64,000 bases of DNA, from positions 352,001 to 416,000 of the forward strand of contig CAVXKA010000003.1 of NCBI GenBank assembly GCA_963762255.1, in the 5' to 3' direction. A program made the translations under genes and the position numbers. This document shows positions 30,287-40,025 of this stretch, piece by piece. Source of the DNA: Candidatus Eiseniibacteriota bacterium. Lineage in GTDB: Bacteria > Eisenbacteria > RBG-16-71-46 > JABDJR01. A model generated the notes under the pieces. It saw nothing but the letters and a program-made list of their open reading frames with translations. It was not told the origin of the DNA and did not search any database. The stretch's first letter is position 1. Each line of letters starts with the position of its first letter.

Positions 30287-30936
30287 TTCAGAGCCCTCAG
30301 GCGTGCGGTATCGCGCGTGCCCAACTGCGTCTGTATTCCGTCGATCAGGTGCAGGAGCAGGTACACAGCCACCACCACGTCGGTGATCACCCCGATCAGA
30401 ACCGTCTCGCGCATCGCGGTGGCCAGCGACACGAGCGAAAGATGCGCGCCGTTCTCCATCAGGCAAACGCCGATCACGACCTTGATCGCATCGCGTCGGG
30501 TGAGCACGGCGTAGAGACCCATGAAGAGGAGCGTGAGCGCGACCGCCACGTTGGTGCGGTAAGGCTCCTGCTCCGCAAGCGGCGTCGGTGCCAGGAACGA
30601 GACGTGATGATGGATGAGCTGATAGCTGACCAGCGCCAGCGTTGCGATGATCAGCGCCGACGGGATCATGCCGACGAAGGGGTCTACCTCGCGATCGCTC
30701 CCCTTCTGAATTGCCCGCCGGAGCATCCACGAGATGAGCCCCAACTTGGTGACGGCCGCGGTGGCTGCCCAGACCCAGAGGCCGGGATGTACGACGGCGA
30801 AGCAGGCGATGATCGCCACCATGAGGCCCGCCTGCCCCATGTAGGCAAGCTGCGCCCGCCGCAGGCTTCTCGACTCGATGGCCAGGAACGAGGTAATGAT
30901 GAGGGCCAGCGAGAGCGTGCGAATGAGATCGACCAT
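30280..30936 (-). CDS. hyfE: HyfE-like membrane subunit
   Basis: YMGQA, TKLGLI, CLMENGAHL, TD motifs; 218 aa, hydrophobic. Confidence 0.85.
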   Translation of the reverse strand: MVDLIRTLSLALIITSFLAIESRSLRRAQLAYMGQAGLMVAIIACFAVVHPGLWVWAATAAVTKLGLISWMLRRAIQKGSDREVDPFVGMIPSALIIATLALVSYQLIHHHVSFLAPTPLAEQEPYRTNVAVALTLLFMGLYAVLTRRDAIKVVIGVCLMENGAHLSLVSLATAMRETVLIGVITDVVVAVYLLLHLIDGIQTQLGTRDTARLRALKW

Positions 30937-31418
30937 CACCCCTCCCGCCCGGGGGCGCCGTTGCCGGGGGCCAGAAGCTCCGGTTCGTCGACGCGCGGCC
31001 CCACGCAACTCAAGTGATCCAGGGGATGCGCGGGGACGTAGCACCTCCCGCACCGGTCGCAGACCGCCATGAACAGCCGTTGCTCGATGAAGAGATCGCG
31101 CCGGTCGGACGTGCCCAGCTCCCAGTCCGCAACAAGTCGCACCGCGCCGTACGCGCAGGCGTCTTCGCAGCGGCCGCAGTGCAGACAACGGTCGAGGTAG
31201 CGGCGGATCACCCGGGTGACGGCGTCGATGTCGGTGATCCGGATGCAGCGCGAGGCGCAGACATCGGCGCAGCCGCCGCACCCGACGCACTTCTCGGTGT
31301 CGACCGTCACACGCCCGCGAAACTCCGGCGCAGGCGCGAGCGGGGCCAGGGGATAGCCCACCGTCGCCCGCGGGTTGCGCAGGCCGAAGGCCAGTTGCTT
31401 GAGCTTCGATCCGATCAC
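30936..31418 (-). CDS. hyfH: 2x[4Fe-4S] subunit (HyfH/HycF, NuoI-like)
   Basis: T.GYP...FRG, CVGCGGCADVC, CLHCGRCEDAC, CDRCG; GTG start with GGAGG. Confidence 0.85.
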   Translation of the reverse strand: MIGSKLKQLAFGLRNPRATVGYPLAPLAPAPEFRGRVTVDTEKCVGCGGCADVCASRCIRITDIDAVTRVIRRYLDRCLHCGRCEDACAYGAVRLVADWELGTSDRRDLFIEQRLFMAVCDRCGRCYVPAHPLDHLSCVGPRVDEPELLAPGNGAPGREG

Positions 31419-31428
31419 GACCGCCTCC

Positions 31429-32340
31429 CTACGACCCGATGAGCGCGAACACCACTGCGAAGAGCATGAGGAGTCCGACTTGCAGGAGGAAAACCCGAAC
31501 ATGGTCGACGCGCAGCCGCGCCACGAGGGCACTTAGGACCGACGACGCGGCGAAGAGCACGAAGACCTTGAGCGCGGTGACCGGCACCCCGAGGAGCGGA
31601 GTGAGCGAGGTCGGCACGAACAGCTCGGCGATCAGCCACGCCACCACCACCCAGCGCACGAACAGCGCCCAGCGAAACAGGGCGAGCCGCCTCCCCCCGA
31701 ATTCGATGAGCGATCCACCCATGAGTTCCTGCTCCGCCTCGGTGATGTCGAACGGGATCCGCCCCATGTACGCGAGCAAGGCGAGCAACACCCCCACCCC
31801 GGCCAGCACCACCGACACGCTCAGGCCGTGCGATGCCTGCCAGACCACGATCTCGTCGAGACGGAAGGTGCCCGCGCGCAGGGCGAGCACGAAGAGCGCG
31901 CAAGCCACCACCGGCTCCACGAAGAGGAGGAGGAGCATTTCGCGGCTCAGGCCGAGGAAACTGAACGGGCTTCCGGTGGCGCTCCCCCCCAGAACCAGCG
32001 CCACGCTGGAGAGCCCGAGCAGGTAGAGGAGCACGATGGCGTCGCCGGCGAAGCTGAAGGGCGCGTGGCCGGCCACGGGAAGGAGCAGCCCCGCCGCCAC
32101 CGCGGAGCCAAGCGCCAGGTAGGGCGCCATCGACGCCAGATGGTTCGCTCCGGCGCTCACTTCGTGCTTGCAGGCCAGCTTGGCCATGTCGATGTAGCCC
32201 TGCCGCAACGGGGGTCCTGCGCGCGATTCGAGCCGGGCCCGAATCTGCCGACTCACGCCGTCGAAGAGAGGCGCCGCACCCAACAACACGATCGGCCCCA
32301 CCAGGGCCCACACCAGCGCGGTCCAGCCGGGGCTCAACAT
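31429..32340 (-). CDS. hyfC: NuoH-like membrane subunit (HyfC/HycD)
   Basis: SRAGPPLRQGYIDMAKL, GRIPFDITEAEQEL. Confidence 0.88.
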   Translation of the reverse strand: MLSPGWTALVWALVGPIVLLGAAPLFDGVSRQIRARLESRAGPPLRQGYIDMAKLACKHEVSAGANHLASMAPYLALGSAVAAGLLLPVAGHAPFSFAGDAIVLLYLLGLSSVALVLGGSATGSPFSFLGLSREMLLLLFVEPVVACALFVLALRAGTFRLDEIVVWQASHGLSVSVVLAGVGVLLALLAYMGRIPFDITEAEQELMGGSLIEFGGRRLALFRWALFVRWVVVAWLIAELFVPTSLTPLLGVPVTALKVFVLFAASSVLSALVARLRVDHVRVFLLQVGLLMLFAVVFALIGS

Positions 32341-34085
32341 GCGCCCTCCTCGGGCCGTCCGGCCTTCTCGCGGCGCCTCGCCATGTCCTCGCGCGAGAGC
32401 GCCTCCAGCTCGGTGCGCTTCCACACCCGCCGCGTGCCGCTGCCGCGGTCGACGATCTCCATGCGCTCGGTGCACGAGAAGCAGGGATCCACGCTCCCCA
32501 GCGTGATCGGCACGTCCGCCACCTGGGTGCCCGGCTTGAACATGAGCGGCACCGCCTGAATGTTCTGATAGCTCGGCGCGCGCACCCGCCAGCGGTCGGG
32601 GCCGTTGCGCTCGCCGGTGCGCACGTAGTGGAACACCTCGCCTCGCGGCGCCTCCACCGCGCTCATCCCGTCGCGCCCGGCCGGGAGACGCTCGGGCACG
32701 TCGGCCATGATGCCCCCCTCGGGAAGCTCATCGAGATGCTTCACGCACTGGCGGAAAATCTTCACCGATTCGAAGATCTCCAGCGCTCGCACGAGCGTAC
32801 GCCCGAGCACGTCCCCCCCGGGATGGGTCACCACATCGAAGGTCATGAGATCGTAGGCGGCATAGGGATGATCGCGCCGAGCGTCCAGCGGGACGCCGCT
32901 CCCTCGTGCCGTCGGTCCCACCGCACCCATCGACCGCACTTCGGCGGCGGTGAGCACCCCGACGCCCTTCAGCCGCCCGATCAGCGCGTCGTCCGACTGG
33001 ATCGCTTTGACCAGGGTGAGGGTCTCGCGCTCCACCGTGCTCAACGCGTCGAGAATGCGCGCGTGTTTCTCGCGCGGGATATCGAAGGAAGTTCCCCCCA
33101 CCAGGTTGCTGGCGAAATGCTTCCGGCTTCCGGTCAAGTGCTCGGCCAACGCCATGAGCGGCTCGCGCAGTCGCCACGACTGCATGAACACGAAATCGAA
33201 GCCGACGATGTGGCAGGCGAGACCTAGCCAGAGAAGGTGGCTCTGCAGTCGCTCCAGCTCGAGGATGGCGGTGCGGATCACGCGCGCGCGGAGCGGCACC
33301 TCGAGGCCCACCGCCTCCTCCACCGCCTGGCAGTAGGTGGTGGAGTGGACGCAGCCGCAGATGCCGCAGATGCGCTCGGCCAGTGAGATGACCTGGTTAT
33401 AGTTGAGCACGCTGTCGGCAAGCTTCTCGATCGCGCGGTGGCAGTAGAAACCGCGGTAATCGGAGCCGACCACCGTCTCGCCGTCCACGAAGAGCCGCCA
33501 CTGCGAGGGCTCTTCGAGCACGGGGAAGAACGGCCCCATCTGCACGACCGTGGTCCCCTCGGGGGGCTTGCGATACGGAAAGGGCTTGCCGCTCCCCTCG
33601 GGGGGTTGAACGTTGTAGGGGACGTCCTTGCGAAGCGGGTGCAGGTCATCGGGAAACTCGTCGGGAAGGATGAGCCGCCGCGGCTCGGGGTGACGTTCGG
33701 GTTGGATGCCGAGCAAGTCGCGCATCTCGAGTTCCGCCCACGAGGCGCCGGGCACGATCGAGGTGATGGACGGAATCGACGGGCGCTCGGCATCGAGGCG
33801 CGCCCGCAGCGCCAGGCGCAGATGCGGCGCGTCGAGGGCGAAACAGTGCAGCACTTCGAAGCCTTCGCCGTCGGCCCGCCGGTCGAGGCCCACGCTGATC
33901 ACGTAGCGCGCGCCGAGATCGTCGTAGAGCGTGCGCACCGCGGTGCGAATCGCCCCCGGAGCTACGGTCATGTAGAGCCGTTCCGGCGTCGGTGTCGCGA
34001 TCTCGGTCAGGTGCCGGCCGAGGAGCCCGCGCACGCGAGCGGTCACCTCTTCGATGCGCGTGTCGCCGGTTTCAATTGTGGTCAT
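32334..34085 (-). CDS. hyfG: Group 4 [NiFe] hydrogenase large subunit (HyfG/HycE, NuoC+D fused) with cleavable C-terminal extension
   Basis: HRAIEK, ERICGICGCVH, EAPRGE, DPCFSCTER followed by a ~40-aa tail. Confidence 0.94.
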   Translation of the reverse strand: MTTIETGDTRIEEVTARVRGLLGRHLTEIATPTPERLYMTVAPGAIRTAVRTLYDDLGARYVISVGLDRRADGEGFEVLHCFALDAPHLRLALRARLDAERPSIPSITSIVPGASWAELEMRDLLGIQPERHPEPRRLILPDEFPDDLHPLRKDVPYNVQPPEGSGKPFPYRKPPEGTTVVQMGPFFPVLEEPSQWRLFVDGETVVGSDYRGFYCHRAIEKLADSVLNYNQVISLAERICGICGCVHSTTYCQAVEEAVGLEVPLRARVIRTAILELERLQSHLLWLGLACHIVGFDFVFMQSWRLREPLMALAEHLTGSRKHFASNLVGGTSFDIPREKHARILDALSTVERETLTLVKAIQSDDALIGRLKGVGVLTAAEVRSMGAVGPTARGSGVPLDARRDHPYAAYDLMTFDVVTHPGGDVLGRTLVRALEIFESVKIFRQCVKHLDELPEGGIMADVPERLPAGRDGMSAVEAPRGEVFHYVRTGERNGPDRWRVRAPSYQNIQAVPLMFKPGTQVADVPITLGSVDPCFSCTERMEIVDRGSGTRRVWKRTELEALSREDMARRREKAGRPEEGAC

Positions 34086-34094
34086 GGTCGCACC

Positions 34095-35908
34095 TCACCG
34101 ATGCAGGAGCACGAAGAGAAGGAAGACCAGCCCCGCGGCGCCCGCGACCTGCCAGGCCAGATAGACCTGGGGAAGGCCGGTATGGGCGCGGCGCAGCACG
34201 TGGCCCATGCGCCGCCCGACGTTGAGGGTCGGGTGATAGACCCAGCGGTCCGGGTCGACTGCGTGCGGCACCCAGGTCGGCCGCCACGTGAACGGCCAGT
34301 GCAGCCGCGGATAGGCGCGGCGCATCGCCTCGCGCAGCGGCGAGTAGAACCCGAGAGGGTGCGGCGTCGGGCCTCCCCCGCCGCCGGTGACGCCCCCCGT
34401 CCAGACCTCGCGGCGGACGGTCTTGGGGCCGGTGCCGAGTGCGGAGCGGGCAAGCACGAAGACCCACACGCCCAGGAAGATGAGCGGCGCCGGGGAGAAC
34501 GCTCCGGTAAGGGGCCAGACAGCGATCAGGCTCCCCTCTGGAATCGGTGACGAGGCCAGCGTAGGGAGATCCGCCAGCAGCCTGGCGATCCCCAGAAGTA
34601 CCGGGCCGGGGGCCAAGCTCATTGCCACCACAATCAACCCCAGCGCCGCTTCGGCCGCCCACATCGTCGCCGGCACCTCGAGGCGCCCTGACCGCATGGG
34701 CCGATTGGCGAACGATGCGGCAAAGAATTTCACCGAGTACAGAATGGAAAACAGGCTTGCCATGAGCAGCGCCAGGCCGGCCACGCTCACCGCGGGGACG
34801 CCGGAGAGCACGGTGGCCTGCAACATCAACCACTTCGCGGTGAACGCGGTGAGCGGCGGGAACCCGGCGATGGCCAGCGAGGCGAGGAGCGCAGTCCAGC
34901 CCGTCACCGGCATCGCGGTGAAGAGCCCGCCCAGATCGATGAGGCGGCGGCTTCCGGTGCGCCATTGCAGAGCGCCCGCGTTGAGAAAGAGGAGCGCCTT
35001 CACCACCGCGTCCCCCACCACGTGGAACGAGGCGCCGAGCAAGCGCGAGCGCGGCCAGCGGCGGGTTCACCGGGGCCAGCACCAGCGACACGCCGAACCC
35101 CAGCGCGATGAGCCCGCTCTGCGCGATCGACGAGTAGGCCAAGCAGCACCTTGATGTCGTTCGCTGCGCTCGCGGCGAATCCCCCGACCAGGGCGGAGAG
35201 AAGGCCGAAGACCGCGAGGATCCCCCCCCACACCACCGCGTCGCCGGGGCTGGCCGCGGCGAGGGCGGCCACGAAGAAGCGCAGGAAGCCGTAGAGCCCG
35301 AGCTTGACCATCGCTCCGGAGAGCACGGCCGAGACCGGAGCGGGCGCCGCGGGGTGCGCGTCGGGAAGCCAGTCCCCGAAGGGATAGAGCCCCGCCTTCG
35401 TGGCGAAGCCGAGGAAGAGGAGCGCGAGGATGACGTGGAGACGAACCGGGTGGCTCTCGGCGAGTGAGGCGAAGGCCGAGGTGAGTCCGTCCAAGGACCA
35501 CGAGCCCCCGGAGTCGCGCAAGAGCACCACCGCCAGGAGCAGGCAGGCGCTCCCCACGTGGGTCATGAAGAAGTACTTGAACGCGGCGCGGACGCACTCG
35601 CGCTCGCGTGTCTCGTAGGCCACCAAGACGTAGGAGGCCAGCGTCATGATCTCCCAGCAGACCAGGAAGAGGATCAGGTTCGCCGCGAGGAGCGTCCCCG
35701 TCATCCCCGCCACGAAGAGGGCGAAGAAGAGCCCGAAGCGGAGCCCGCTCTCCTCACGATAGCGCTCCTGGGCGAGGTAGCGCGGCGCGTAGAGGGCGGC
35801 GGCGGCGGACACGACGAGCGTCGGGATCAGGAACATGAGCGAGAGCCCGTCGAGGCGCCACTCCAGGAACGAGAACGGCGCGGTCCAGACGGCCGGGAAG
35901 GGTGTCAT
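34095..35908 (-). CDS. hyfB: HyfB/HycC-like antiporter subunit, apparent frameshifts near 35140 and 35040
   Basis: WEIMTLASY, KAGLYPFGDWLPDAHPAAP.PVSA; AYSS; KALLFL, AGFPPL..F..KW spread over three frames. Confidence 0.8.
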
Positions 35909-35912
35909 CGCG

Positions 35913-37449
35913 TCATCCTCCGATCCCTGCCGGCGCCACAGCCTGAGCCAGCGGGAGCGCTACCAGGGTAATGGCGAGGCAGAGCACCATGAGGATGACG
36001 AGCGCGATCTCCATGACGGGGGCGCGCGCACTCATGGCCGCCACCGCAGGGGACGGGTTTCCCAGGAACGCGCGCTGACCCACCCAGAGGAACCATGCGA
36101 ACGCCACCACGCTCTCGAGCACGACCACCGCCGCGGCGGCGATCCCGATGCCGCCCAGTTGCACCGCTCCGGTCACGATGAAGAGCTTGCTCCAGAACCC
36201 GGCAAAGGGAGGCACGCCGGTCACGGTCAAGGCCCCGATCAAGAACCCCATCGACGCGATGGGCGCGGAGCGCAGCACACCGGAGAGGTTGCGCAGGCGT
36301 CGCGTACCCATGGTGTAGCTCAGCGCGCCGACGGAGAGGAAGAGCAGCGCCTTCCCCACGCCATGCGCGAGGATGTGAAGGGTCGCTCCCTGCGCGGCCC
36401 GCAGCGATCCAGCCATACCCAGCGCCGCTCCGAGAAGAATGAGCGCGAGATGGCTGATGGTGGAGAGCGCGAGCAACCGCTTGAGATCGTCCTGATAGAA
36501 GAACTGCGCCACCGCGACCACCAGTGTGAGCACCGCCATCCCGCCGACGACGGGAGCGATCCCGCCGGGGAGCGCGGAGGGCATCGCGCCGGTCTCCGAC
36601 ACCCGGCCCGCGTTGGCCAGCGTGATTCGGAGAACCAGGTAGACCCCCGCGTTCACCATCGAGGCCGCATGCAGATACGCGCTCACCGGACTCGGGGCGA
36701 CCATCGCCGAGGGGAGCCACGTGTGGAAGGGCACCTGCGCCGATTTCGCCCACGCGCCCACGCAGATCAGCATCACCAGGAGCGTGGCCCCGCCCATGGA
36801 GACCACGGCGGGAAGGCGGCCGAGCGCGGCAAAGTCCGCCGAACCGGTCAGGGAGAGGACGGCCAGGAGCGCGGCGAAAAGACAGAGCCCGCCCCCCGCA
36901 GTCATGAGGAACGCCTTCTGCGCCGCCCGCTGCGCGTCGGGTTCCTCGTCGTAGAAGCCGATGAGCGCCCACGAACACACCGTGGTGATCTCCCAGAACA
37001 CGAACATCTGGAAGAGCGTCGTCGAGGTGGCCAACCCCGACATGGCGGCGATGAAGAGGAGCATCCAGAACGAGTACACGCGCCGGTCGTCGGGTACCGG
37101 CGCCTCGCGGTTTCGCGGCCCCACGTAGGCGATGGAGTAGAGCACGCACACGAAGCCGATGATCGTGGAGCCGAGCACGACCGTGCTCGATAGCGGATCG
37201 AGCGTGAACCCGAAGAGCGGTACCGGCCGGCCGGCGATGCGGTCGAAGATGGGTATCCCGCCGAGGCGCACTGTCACTCCGGTCAGGCCGTGGGCCGCGA
37301 CCATCGCGCCCGCGACGAGCGCTCCCGCGCCGGAAGCGACGACAGCGACCCGGTCGCTCCAGCGCCCGCGCAGAAGACCGGCGGCGATCGCGCCGACCAG
37401 GGGAACGCCGAGCAAGAAGGAGGAATCCCACGGGCGACGGCTCAGACAT
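35913..37449 (-). CDS. hyfD: HyfD-like (NuoL/MrpA) antiporter subunit, apparent frameshift near 37412
   Basis: FWEITTVCSWALI, KSAQVPFHTWLPSAMVAPSPVSAYLHAASMV, GVPPFAGFWSK; ATG 37449 overlaps the protease stop. Confidence 0.82.
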
Positions 37450-37927
37450 GGGCGCTCTCCATCGGCGCAAGCGCCTCGGCGAGGATCACCTCGAGCGCGT
37501 CGGCCGCCTCGCGCACCGCGTCACTGAGCGGCGCGGCGATCTCGATGGCCTGGGGTTGGATCCCCAGGAGCCACACTTCCTTCCCGCGCCCCTCCAGCAT
37601 GCGGGCGAGGAGAAGCAGAGACGGCGCGTGGGTCGAGGAGCATCGCTCGGCCAGGATGCGGGCCGGCCCGAGGCAGCACGCGCCCGGGGCCTCACCGTGG
37701 TCCACGGCGTCCACGAAGAGGACGAGATCTGAGGGAGCGTCGAGCAGCAAGCCCAGGTAGTTTTCGGGCACCGTCTCGGCATCGATGGCGGCGAGGCCGC
37801 GCTTCGCCAGGCGCCCGGCCAGCAGGGATCCGACGGCATCGTCGCCGCGCAGGGGATTGCCAACCCCCACCAGCACGGTACACCGCCCGCGCAGGAGATC
37901 CCCGATCCGCTCCACGACCTCTCTCAT
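37442..37927 (-). CDS. hycI: Hydrogenase maturation endopeptidase (HycI-like)
   Basis: GVGNPLRGDDAVG, PEN, VDA, STH, GIQP. Confidence 0.9.
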   Translation of the reverse strand: MREVVERIGDLLRGRCTVLVGVGNPLRGDDAVGSLLAGRLAKRGLAAIDAETVPENYLGLLLDAPSDLVLFVDAVDHGEAPGACCLGPARILAERCSSTHAPSLLLLARMLEGRGKEVWLLGIQPQAIEIAAPLSDAVREAADALEVILAEALAPMESAHV

Positions 37928-37936
37928 GTCCCCTTC

Positions 37937-38833
37937 CTACCAGGGCGGCTCGATGCGATCGAGCGCCAGGAGTTCGTCGTATCGAAACACCGGTCCGTCC
38001 ATGCACACGTAACGATCCACTACAACGCAGTGACCGCACTTGCCGACGCCGCACTTCATGTGGCGTTCGAGAGTCGCCACCAGCCGCGACGGCGCGTACC
38101 CGTAGTTCTTCACGAGGTCTTCGCACGCCACGCGGATCATGATCGGCGGACCGCAGAGGAACGACACCGTGCGGGCGGGATCGAGGGTGAGGCGCGGGAA
38201 GAGGCTCGGAATGAATCCCACCTGCCGCGGCGGGTCGGTGCCCTTCTCCCACTCCCCGTCGCCCCGGTCGGCCGCGAGGACCACTTCGATGTCCGCCGCC
38301 TTCCACTCCGCGTACTGCCAGGGATAGAGCAGGTCGTGCGGCGTGCGCGCTCCGTGCAGGACGACGATGCGCCCGTACATGGAACGCCGTAGCTGCATCT
38401 CCCACAGGAGCCCGCGAAGCGGAGCCAGGCCGATCCCGCCGGCCACGAAAAGGGCGTCGCGCCCGTAGTGCTCCTCCACGGGGAAGCTGTTCCCCGCCGG
38501 ACCGCGCAGGCTCACGATGTCGCCCGGGCGCATCCGCGTGAGCAGGTTCGACACCACGCCCGCGGAGCGCACCGTGATGCAGATGCGGTCGGCGAGTCCC
38601 GGCGCCGAGGAGACCGAGATGGGTACCTCCCCCGCTCCGAACACGCCGACTTCGAAGAACTGCCCGGGGCGGAAATCGATCCCATCGCGTTCGAGCTCCA
38701 GCGTCACCACCGGGCGCGAGCTCTTCGTGGGCGCGATCTCCTCGCGCACGTTCATCACGCGGACGAGCCGGGGCCGGTAGGGATCCTCGCTGGGCCGCAC
38801 GGACGGGGTGTGGGGCATGGTGATCCCGGCCAT
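37937..38833 (-). CDS. FAD/NAD(P)-binding [2Fe-2S] subunit (AsrB / sulfhydrogenase gamma-like)
   Basis: FRPGQF, GEVPIS, RGPAGN, AGGIGLAPLR, CGPPIM, ERHMKCGVGKCGHC...C.DGPVF. Confidence 0.9.
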   Translation of the reverse strand: MAGITMPHTPSVRPSEDPYRPRLVRVMNVREEIAPTKSSRPVVTLELERDGIDFRPGQFFEVGVFGAGEVPISVSSAPGLADRICITVRSAGVVSNLLTRMRPGDIVSLRGPAGNSFPVEEHYGRDALFVAGGIGLAPLRGLLWEMQLRRSMYGRIVVLHGARTPHDLLYPWQYAEWKAADIEVVLAADRGDGEWEKGTDPPRQVGFIPSLFPRLTLDPARTVSFLCGPPIMIRVACEDLVKNYGYAPSRLVATLERHMKCGVGKCGHCVVVDRYVCMDGPVFRYDELLALDRIEPPW

Positions 38834-40014
38834 CAGTGTTCGGCCTTTCTCCGGGAGGGTGAGCCGGTCATCGCTTCGACCATCAACTCGCTCACCCGGT
38901 CGATGCCGCGATCGCCGAGGCAGGTCACGAGGCAGCGACCGCAGCCCGTGCATCCCGGCGCGTCCATGCGGACGCTGAACTGCTGCGAGAGCTTGTGGAA
39001 GAAGCGCGTAACGCACCGCTCGCCGCAGCTCTCGCGTGGATATCCGCCCCCCGCCTGGCGTATGAAGCCGGGGAGAATGCAGCAGTCGCGAAGACGCACA
39101 CGATCCCAGGTGCCGTCGCGCACGGATCCCGTCACCCCACCGGGAACCGCGGGCGAAAATTCTCCGTCGGGCGCGTCGAACCCCGCCGCACCCGGGGCGT
39201 TCAGATCGGCGACGTTGAAGCACGAGCAGGTCGGACAGACGAACGCGCATCCGCCGCATTCGAAGCATCGCTCGCCGAGCGCTTCCCAGAACGCGTGGTC
39301 GAGCTTGCCGGTGGAGACCATGCGGCCGGCCACCATCGTGCGCACCCGGTGCCCGCTGGTTTCGGTCAGCCGCTGCACCGCGTCCCGGACGCGCGCGTCT
39401 TTCTGTGCGAGTGCATCGGCCGGCGCGTCGACAAGCGCGGGGGCGCAGCGCGCGGCCAACCGCTCTCCACGCGCGCTACCGATTTCCACGAGCCAGCCCT
39501 CGGCAAGCTCGGTGAGCTGCCAGTCGTAGCCCTTGGTGAGTGCGGGGCCCCCCTGGCAGCAGACGCACATGCAAGTCTCGCCCGGCTCCGAACAGACGAC
39601 GGAGATGAGCGTAGCCGCCTCGCGCCGCCGGAAGAAGGGACGGTCGGCGGTGTCGGGACGTTCGAAGATTTCGCCGGAGAGGAACCGCTCGAGATAGGCC
39701 AGACCCGCCACGTCGCAGCTTCGGATGCCGAAGATCACCGTGTCGGGCAGCGGTCCATCGGCGTCTTCGAGAAGCTCGGGCACGCCGTCCTTCACGCGGT
39801 AGGACGCCAGCCGCTCGGGCGAGGGCAGGAAGTGTTCCTTGGGGGGAACCAGCGAATTCACGTAGTTGCGGGCGATCTGCTCGGCGCTCGCCACGTGGCG
39901 AAAGAGGATTTCGCCCTCGATGCGCACCGGAGCCACCAGCGCGCCCTCACGAGCGAAACGATCGAGCAGGTCGTCAAGCGAAGCGCGGGTCAGCCACCGA
40001 TGCGCACTACCCAT
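38833..40014 (-). CDS. Fe-S subunit (AsrA / sulfhydrogenase beta-like)
   Basis: FGIRSCD, C...CMC, CFECGGCAFVCPTCSCF, CTGCGRCLVTC. Confidence 0.88.
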   Translation of the reverse strand: MGSAHRWLTRASLDDLLDRFAREGALVAPVRIEGEILFRHVASAEQIARNYVNSLVPPKEHFLPSPERLASYRVKDGVPELLEDADGPLPDTVIFGIRSCDVAGLAYLERFLSGEIFERPDTADRPFFRRREAATLISVVCSEPGETCMCVCCQGGPALTKGYDWQLTELAEGWLVEIGSARGERLAARCAPALVDAPADALAQKDARVRDAVQRLTETSGHRVRTMVAGRMVSTGKLDHAFWEALGERCFECGGCAFVCPTCSCFNVADLNAPGAAGFDAPDGEFSPAVPGGVTGSVRDGTWDRVRLRDCCILPGFIRQAGGGYPRESCGERCVTRFFHKLSQQFSVRMDAPGCTGCGRCLVTCLGDRGIDRVSELMVEAMTGSPSRRKAEH

Positions 40015-40025
40015 CACCCCTCCCC

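Noticed and set aside
37937-40014. Anaerobic sulfite reductase or group 3b sulfhydrogenase
   Set aside because: No AsrC siroheme subunit and no group 3b alpha/delta subunits; the only hydrogenase present is group 4
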